Assembly (NCBI GenBank): GCA_963692905.1
Contig: OY843583.1
Location: forward strand, 21,703 to 85,702
Reading direction: 5' to 3'
Length of the DNA: 64,000 nucleotides
Source: Spirochaetia bacterium
GTDB taxonomy: Bacteria; Spirochaetota; Spirochaetia; G963692905
Position numbers and translations under genes: made by a program. Below are positions 59,851 to 64,000 of the stretch, piece after piece (position 1 is the stretch's first letter; each line of letters begins with the position of its first letter). The notes beneath the pieces are model-generated. The model had not been told where the DNA came from, did not search any database, and saw only the letters and a program-made list of their open reading frames with translations.

Positions 59851-59952
59851 TCACTTCCCTTTCTCTGGAGTGATTGGCGATAGTGCTGTAGGAGCTTTTC
59901 TCTCCGCGGCAATTACCGTCGGTGCTGCCTTGGTTCGGAAGGCTGAGTGGGC
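59851..59952 (-). pseudogene. Degenerate fragment of the valS 3' end (copy A), a footprint of segmental duplication.
   Basis: Translates to ...LEAHSAFRTKAAPTVIAAE, matching the valS C-terminal LEAHSAFRSKAAPTVIAAEE. The 58-nt core ctccgcggcaattaccgtcggtgctgccttggttcggaaggctgagtgggcctccag is shared with 61270-61326 and 62714-62770. Confidence 0.7.
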
Positions 59953-60102
59953 CTCCAGGAGAGGAGTATCCCCTAAGCGAGCGCAATACACTATTTTCAC
60001 ATATAATAGCTCTATATTCAAAAATTTCCTTGTAAAAACAACAAAACTATATTGCACACTATTAAGTTATGCTATACAATAACTTATATACAAGGATCTC
60101 TT

Positions 60103-61116
60103 ATGAAATTTTTACGATATATATGCATCGCATTATTGTTTGTGGAAGCTACTGTAGTGGGAGCGGCGCCCCTGCATGATGCGGTGGTCTCCCAAAACCG
60201 CCCCCGTGTGGGGCGACTTTTAGCGCAGGGTGCTGATCCCAACCAGCATGATGAGGCGGGCTTCACCCCCCTGCATTGGGCTATCCGCGATAGACAGTTT
60301 CTAATGGTGGAATTGCTTCTAGATGCCGGCGCCGATCCCACTTTGGCCACCGCCCCACCTGAGGAGAGTGGCTATAGCCCCCTCCACTTTGCCGCCTTTG
60401 AGGGAAACGCGGCCATTGTGCAGCTCCTGTTGGATCAGGGCGCCAACATAAACCGGCGCAGCAAACTGGGCGACACCCCATTACATGTCGCGGGCGCCCA
60501 GGGCCATAGAGAGGTGCTGGAATTGTTGCTGGAGCAGGGCGCCTCGGTGGCCCTGCAAAACGAGGCGGGGCAACGGGCCGCCGAGGTAGCCACCGAGGAG
60601 CTTCAGGAGCTTATCCCCACGAATGCGCTAGGGTGGTTCTTGCGCCCCCTAATAAGCTATGGCTATAACTTTTTCGCACCTTCGGAGCTCTTCTTGGCTC
60701 GCTCCTCATTGCAGCTGGGCGCCCAGCTACAGGTCCGCTGGGGTATCTTTCCGTTATTTCCTGAGAGCTGGATTGTCGATCTTCGTCTGAGGGGGACGGC
60801 GCTCTCCCGGGAGGGCGCTCCCAATCCTCAATTCTCTCTCTCACTCACCACTACCATTCCATATATACCTATTTTTAATGGATATGTTGCTAATGCAGAT
60901 GTGGTTTTTGAGTGGTATTTTTTTAGATTGGGCGCAATATTTAATCTCACCACCTTGGGATTGTCCCTAGCAGTTAGTCCGGGGATTAGTCTGACCATTG
61001 AGGCCATCAACAGTACCCTCTTTGCTGAAGTTGAAATAGTAGCACCAGTCAGCGGCGGTGGTGGTGAACAAGGCATTATACTCGTAGTAGGCTATGCCTA
61101 TCAGTTTCGGCTCTAG
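60103..61116 (+). CDS. Secreted ankyrin-repeat protein with a C-terminal domain resembling an outer-membrane beta-barrel (paralog 1).
   Basis: RBS AAGGATC before MKFLRY. Signal peptide, three or four ANK repeats (GFTPLHWA, GYSPLHFA, GDTPLHVA) and a C-terminal 170 aa with alternating hydrophobic and aromatic residues ending GYAYQFRL. Confidence 0.7.
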   Translation: MKFLRYICIALLFVEATVVGAAPLHDAVVSQNRPRVGRLLAQGADPNQHDEAGFTPLHWAIRDRQFLMVELLLDAGADPTLATAPPEESGYSPLHFAAFEGNAAIVQLLLDQGANINRRSKLGDTPLHVAGAQGHREVLELLLEQGASVALQNEAGQRAAEVATEELQELIPTNALGWFLRPLISYGYNFFAPSELFLARSSLQLGAQLQVRWGIFPLFPESWIVDLRLRGTALSREGAPNPQFSLSLTTTIPYIPIFNGYVANADVVFEWYFFRLGAIFNLTTLGLSLAVSPGISLTIEAINSTLFAEVEIVAPVSGGGGEQGIILVVGYAYQFRL

Positions 61117-61159
61117 AGCAGATAAGAACAATAGGGTGCCGGTGCTGGCATCCATCATC

Positions 61160-61326
61160 CAGCAGCAGATAGCATGCCTTCGGCATTCTAAAGAGTAAGT
61201 GTCTCTCACTTCATCTTTTCTAGGTCGGCCAGCAGGCGCTGCAGAAGCTTCTCTCTCTCCGCTAATTGGAGCGCCCGCTGCTCCTCCGCGGCAATTACTG
61301 TCGGTGCTGCCTTGGTTCGGAAGGCT
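61160..61326 (-). pseudogene. Copy B of the valS 3' end plus its downstream flank. It encodes ...LLQRLLADLEKMK-stop but is detached from valS.
   Basis: About 90% nucleotide identity to 62596-62770. The reading frame is truncated at the duplication junction (gggcctccag). Confidence 0.75.
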
Positions 61327-61483
61327 GAGTGGGCCTCCAGGGGAGGGATGTCCCCTAGGTGAGCGCAATACACTATTGCACATATAATAGCTCCATATTC
61401 AGAAATTTCCTTGTAAAAATAACAAAACTATATTGCACACTATTAAGTTATGCTATATTGTAACTTATAGAAAAGGATCTATT

Positions 61484-62560
61484 ATGAAATTTTTAAGATA
61501 TAAGGTATTACGATACCTATGCATCACATTATTGTTTATGGAAGCTACTGTGGTGGGAGCAACACCCCTGCGTGATGCGGTGGTCTCCCAAAACCGCGCC
61601 CGTGTGGGGCAACTTTTAGCGCAGGGCGCTGACCCCAACCAGCATGATGAGGCGGGCTTCACTCCCCTGCATTGGGCTATCCGCGATCCGCAGTTGCCAA
61701 TGGTGGAGCTACTTCTAGATGCCGGCGCTGATCCCACTTTGGCCACCGCCCCTCCCGAGGAGACTGGCTATAGCCCCCTCCACTTTGCCGCCTTTGAGGG
61801 AAACGCGGCCATTGTGCAGCTCCTGTTGGATCAGGGCGCCAACATAAACCGGCGCAGCAAACTGGGCGACACCCCATTACATGTCGCGGGCGCCCAGGGC
61901 CATAGAGAGGTGCTGGAATTGTTGCTGGAGCAGGGCGCCTCGGTGGCCCTGCAAAACGAGGCGGGCCAACGGGCTGCCGAGGTAGCCACCGAGGAGCTCC
62001 AGGAGCTTATTCCCACGAATGAGCTAGGGTTCTTGCGGTTCCTAGTAAGCTATGGCTATAACTTTACGGCACCTTCAGAGCTCTTCTTGGCTCGCTCCTC
62101 ATTGGAGCTGGGCTTCCAGATGCAGGTCCGCTGGGGTGGGGATTGGTCGCTTTTTGCTGAAAGTTTGACCTTTGATTTTCGTCTGAGGGGGCAGGCGCGC
62201 TCCCGGGAGGGTGCCACTAATTATTTTTCTATATCTGATTCTCAGCCTAATTCTGGATTCTCTCCTTTATTCACCACAACTATTCCATATTTTGCATTTC
62301 TTAATGGATATGTTGGTAATGATGATGTGGTTTTTGAGTGGTATTTGGCTAAAATTGGATTCAGCGCAATTTTAAGGTCCGACAATCAGACTACATTTAT
62401 GCTCGTACTTAACCCGGGGCTTAGTCTGACCATTGAGGCCATCAACAGTACCCTCTTTGCTGAAGTTGAAATAGAATTCCTCGACTTAACCTCTGTCACA
62501 GGTCCATCCTCCCTCAACACTATACTCGTAGTAGGCTATGCCTATCAGTTACGATTCTAG
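61484..62560 (+). CDS. Secreted ankyrin-repeat protein with a beta-barrel-like C-terminal domain (paralog 2), ending in the beta-signal-like ...GYAYQLRF.
   Basis: Over 90% identical to paralog 1 through the ANK region. The C-terminal domain is diverged and carries an insertion (FSISDSQPNSGFSPLF). Terminal Phe. RBS AAAGGATC. Confidence 0.7.
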   Translation: MKFLRYKVLRYLCITLLFMEATVVGATPLRDAVVSQNRARVGQLLAQGADPNQHDEAGFTPLHWAIRDPQLPMVELLLDAGADPTLATAPPEETGYSPLHFAAFEGNAAIVQLLLDQGANINRRSKLGDTPLHVAGAQGHREVLELLLEQGASVALQNEAGQRAAEVATEELQELIPTNELGFLRFLVSYGYNFTAPSELFLARSSLELGFQMQVRWGGDWSLFAESLTFDFRLRGQARSREGATNYFSISDSQPNSGFSPLFTTTIPYFAFLNGYVGNDDVVFEWYLAKIGFSAILRSDNQTTFMLVLNPGLSLTIEAINSTLFAEVEIEFLDLTSVTGPSSLNTILVVGYAYQLRF

Positions 62561-62639
62561 AGTCGACCGGAATGGTGATACCACACTCTCATCCTGCAGC
62601 AGATAGCATGCCTTCGGCATTCTAAAGAGTAAGAGTTTC

Positions 62640-64000
62640 TCACTTCATCTTTTCTAGGTCGACCAGCAGGCGCAGCAGAAGCTTCTCTCTCTCCGCTAAC
62701 TGGAGCGCCCGCTGCTCCTCCGCGGCAATTACTGTCGGTGCCGCCTTGCTTCGGAAGGCTGAGTGGGCCTCCAGACGCTCCCGTAGCGCTGCTAAGCGCC
62801 TTTGGCACTGACTTAATTCCTGCTGCTGACGCTTCATAAGGGGGGCTATTTCCAGAGATTGCGGGAGGGCTACCACTACCTCGCACATCTGCCCCGCTAT
62901 ACCTATCCCCTGGCCTACTGGCTGCGGGGCCGAGAACACCCTAAGTGTGGTGTGGGTAAAAAACTCAATAAGCCCCCGCTCCTCTTTCAGCCAACGGGCA
63001 AGTTCTTCAGCTTGGCTTAAGGCACCAACTACTACCTGGGCCCTAAGCTCCTGCTTAGGGGCTATGGAAAGCTCGCTACGCAGACGTCGCAGAGAGCCTA
63101 CTACATCCTGAAGCAGTGCCATGTGGCGCACGCTTTGCAGGTTGACCCGCTGCGGCCTTTGGGTGGGTTGGGGAGCAATAATCAGCGCCTCATAGCGAGG
63201 AAGGCTGAGAGCCGACACTATCTCTGACAGATGGAGATAGAGCTCCTCGCTGATGAAGGAGAGAAAGGGATGCATAAGGCGCACTATCTCCTCCAAAAGA
63301 ATACAGAGATGGCTGCTGCTGGCGGCTCCTGGATCTTGGCGCTGAGCATATTTGCTATACTCAACATACCAATCGCAGAAATCATACCAAAAATAGGTGT
63401 AAATACTATGCGCCGCCTCGCTAAAGCGATAATGGGCCATGTGGCGCTGTACCTCACCAATAGTCTGATTATGACGATGATAAATCCAGCGATCAATCAT
63501 GTTGTAGCTCAATTCCTCAGACTGTTGCAGTTGGCTCTCGGTAGCTTGCGAAATGATGAAACGGGCGGCGTTCCATACCTTGTTGCAGAAGCGAGAACCC
63601 ACCAAAAAATCCTCCTTAGCCAAGAGAATATCCTGTCCTCCAGCCATCAAATAGGTAAGGCTAAATTTAAGGGCATCGGCGCCGTACTCATCTATTATCT
63701 CTAAGGGATCGATGCCATTACCTAATGATTTAGCCATCTTTCGTCCAGTCTTATCGCGTACTAGACCAGTAAGGTAGATGTTGGTAAAGGGCGCCTTACC
63801 CGTGAACTCCAGTCCGGCCATAATCATCCGCGCCACCCAGAAGAAGATAATGTCGTAGCCAGTAATGAGGGTAGTGGTAGGATAGTAATGCTCAAGATCG
63901 CTGGTTGATGAGGGCCAACCCATGGTGCTAAAGGGCCATAACCATGAAGAGAACCAGGTATCCAGCACATCCTCATCCTGGGTGAGGGCGCTATCCTGTG
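62640..64000 (-). CDS. valS: Valyl-tRNA synthetase, C-terminal part. The N-terminus lies beyond the window end.
   Basis: KMSKS-region KMAKSLGNGIDP, the anticodon-binding domain and a C-terminal coiled-coil (…LLLRLLVDLEKMK). The ORF runs to the window edge. Confidence 0.85.
   Translation of the reverse strand, partial: QDSALTQDEDVLDTWFSSWLWPFSTMGWPSSTSDLEHYYPTTTLITGYDIIFFWVARMIMAGLEFTGKAPFTNIYLTGLVRDKTGRKMAKSLGNGIDPLEIIDEYGADALKFSLTYLMAGGQDILLAKEDFLVGSRFCNKVWNAARFIISQATESQLQQSEELSYNMIDRWIYHRHNQTIGEVQRHMAHYRFSEAAHSIYTYFWYDFCDWYVEYSKYAQRQDPGAASSSHLCILLEEIVRLMHPFLSFISEELYLHLSEIVSALSLPRYEALIIAPQPTQRPQRVNLQSVRHMALLQDVVGSLRRLRSELSIAPKQELRAQVVVGALSQAEELARWLKEERGLIEFFTHTTLRVFSAPQPVGQGIGIAGQMCEVVVALPQSLEIAPLMKRQQQELSQCQRRLAALRERLEAHSAFRSKAAPTVIAAEEQRALQLAEREKLLLRLLVDLEKMK

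Noticed and set aside
59851-60057. 68-aa minus-strand ORF upstream of the first ankyrin gene.
   Set aside because: It is a decayed copy of the valS C-terminus (LEAHSAFRTKAAPTVIAAE) fused to promoter sequence. It is reported as a pseudogene fragment or duplication footprint, not a CDS. The same reasoning applies to ORFs 60967-61383 and 62557-62886.
61376-61440. Attempt to assign a canonical -35/-10 promoter upstream of each ankyrin gene (TATAAT at 61383-61388, TTGCAC at 61431).
   Set aside because: A perfect TATAAT is present but has no -35 element at 17±1 spacing. Alternative hexamer pairs are weak. It was left unannotated rather than guessing.

Overview
This window is a chromosomal segment of a spirochete, probably Treponema- or Spirochaeta-like, at about 50% GC. 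The evidence is the flgG/flgF rod genes with an FlgJ N-terminal-like rod-binding gene, the long GreA, the lptFG pair, and a six-gene mevalonate operon in the Borrelia gene order. Most of the window is housekeeping: greA, murJ, tgt, lptFG, dut, the rpsO-pnp operon, alr, mnmE, tsaD, a flagellar rod cluster with a sigma factor, lepA, an HtrA-like protease, ftsH, tilS, pth, rplY/ctc, tRNA-Thr, tRNA-Gln, a GH13 alpha-glucosidase with a PfkB kinase, proA-proB, two LysM/M23 peptidases, a second sigma-70-family factor, the mevalonate operon, rny, a membrane adenylate cyclase, and a 5'-truncated valS. Five things are not ordinary. (1) An accessory locus at 33.4-38.1 kb holds paralogous lipoproteins that share 5' ends, signal peptides and 3' flanks but carry different mature domains (RCC1 repeats versus a roughly 48-aa propeller-like repeat with Cys-rich modules). 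One paralog has a perfect (CT)34 microsatellite 66-133 nt upstream of its start codon, which is a classic slipped-strand phase-variation configuration. (2) Two secreted ankyrin-repeat genes sit in tandem, each with a putative C-terminal outer-membrane beta-barrel domain. Degenerate copies of the valS 3' end mark the duplication junctions. (3) A modular intergenic repeat family (modules A, B and C) occurs at six or more sites, including a 2x111-bp tandem array upstream of rny and copies upstream of rpsO-pnp and tRNA-Thr. (4) A roughly 1-kb ORF-free divergent region at 55965-56960 carries three copies of a motif containing the TAGATCTA palindrome, a 65-bp direct repeat and a plus-strand terminator-like hairpin. 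(5) A coiled-coil membrane protein is coupled to a HAMP-domain adenylate cyclase. No CRISPR array, transposase or prophage gene was seen.
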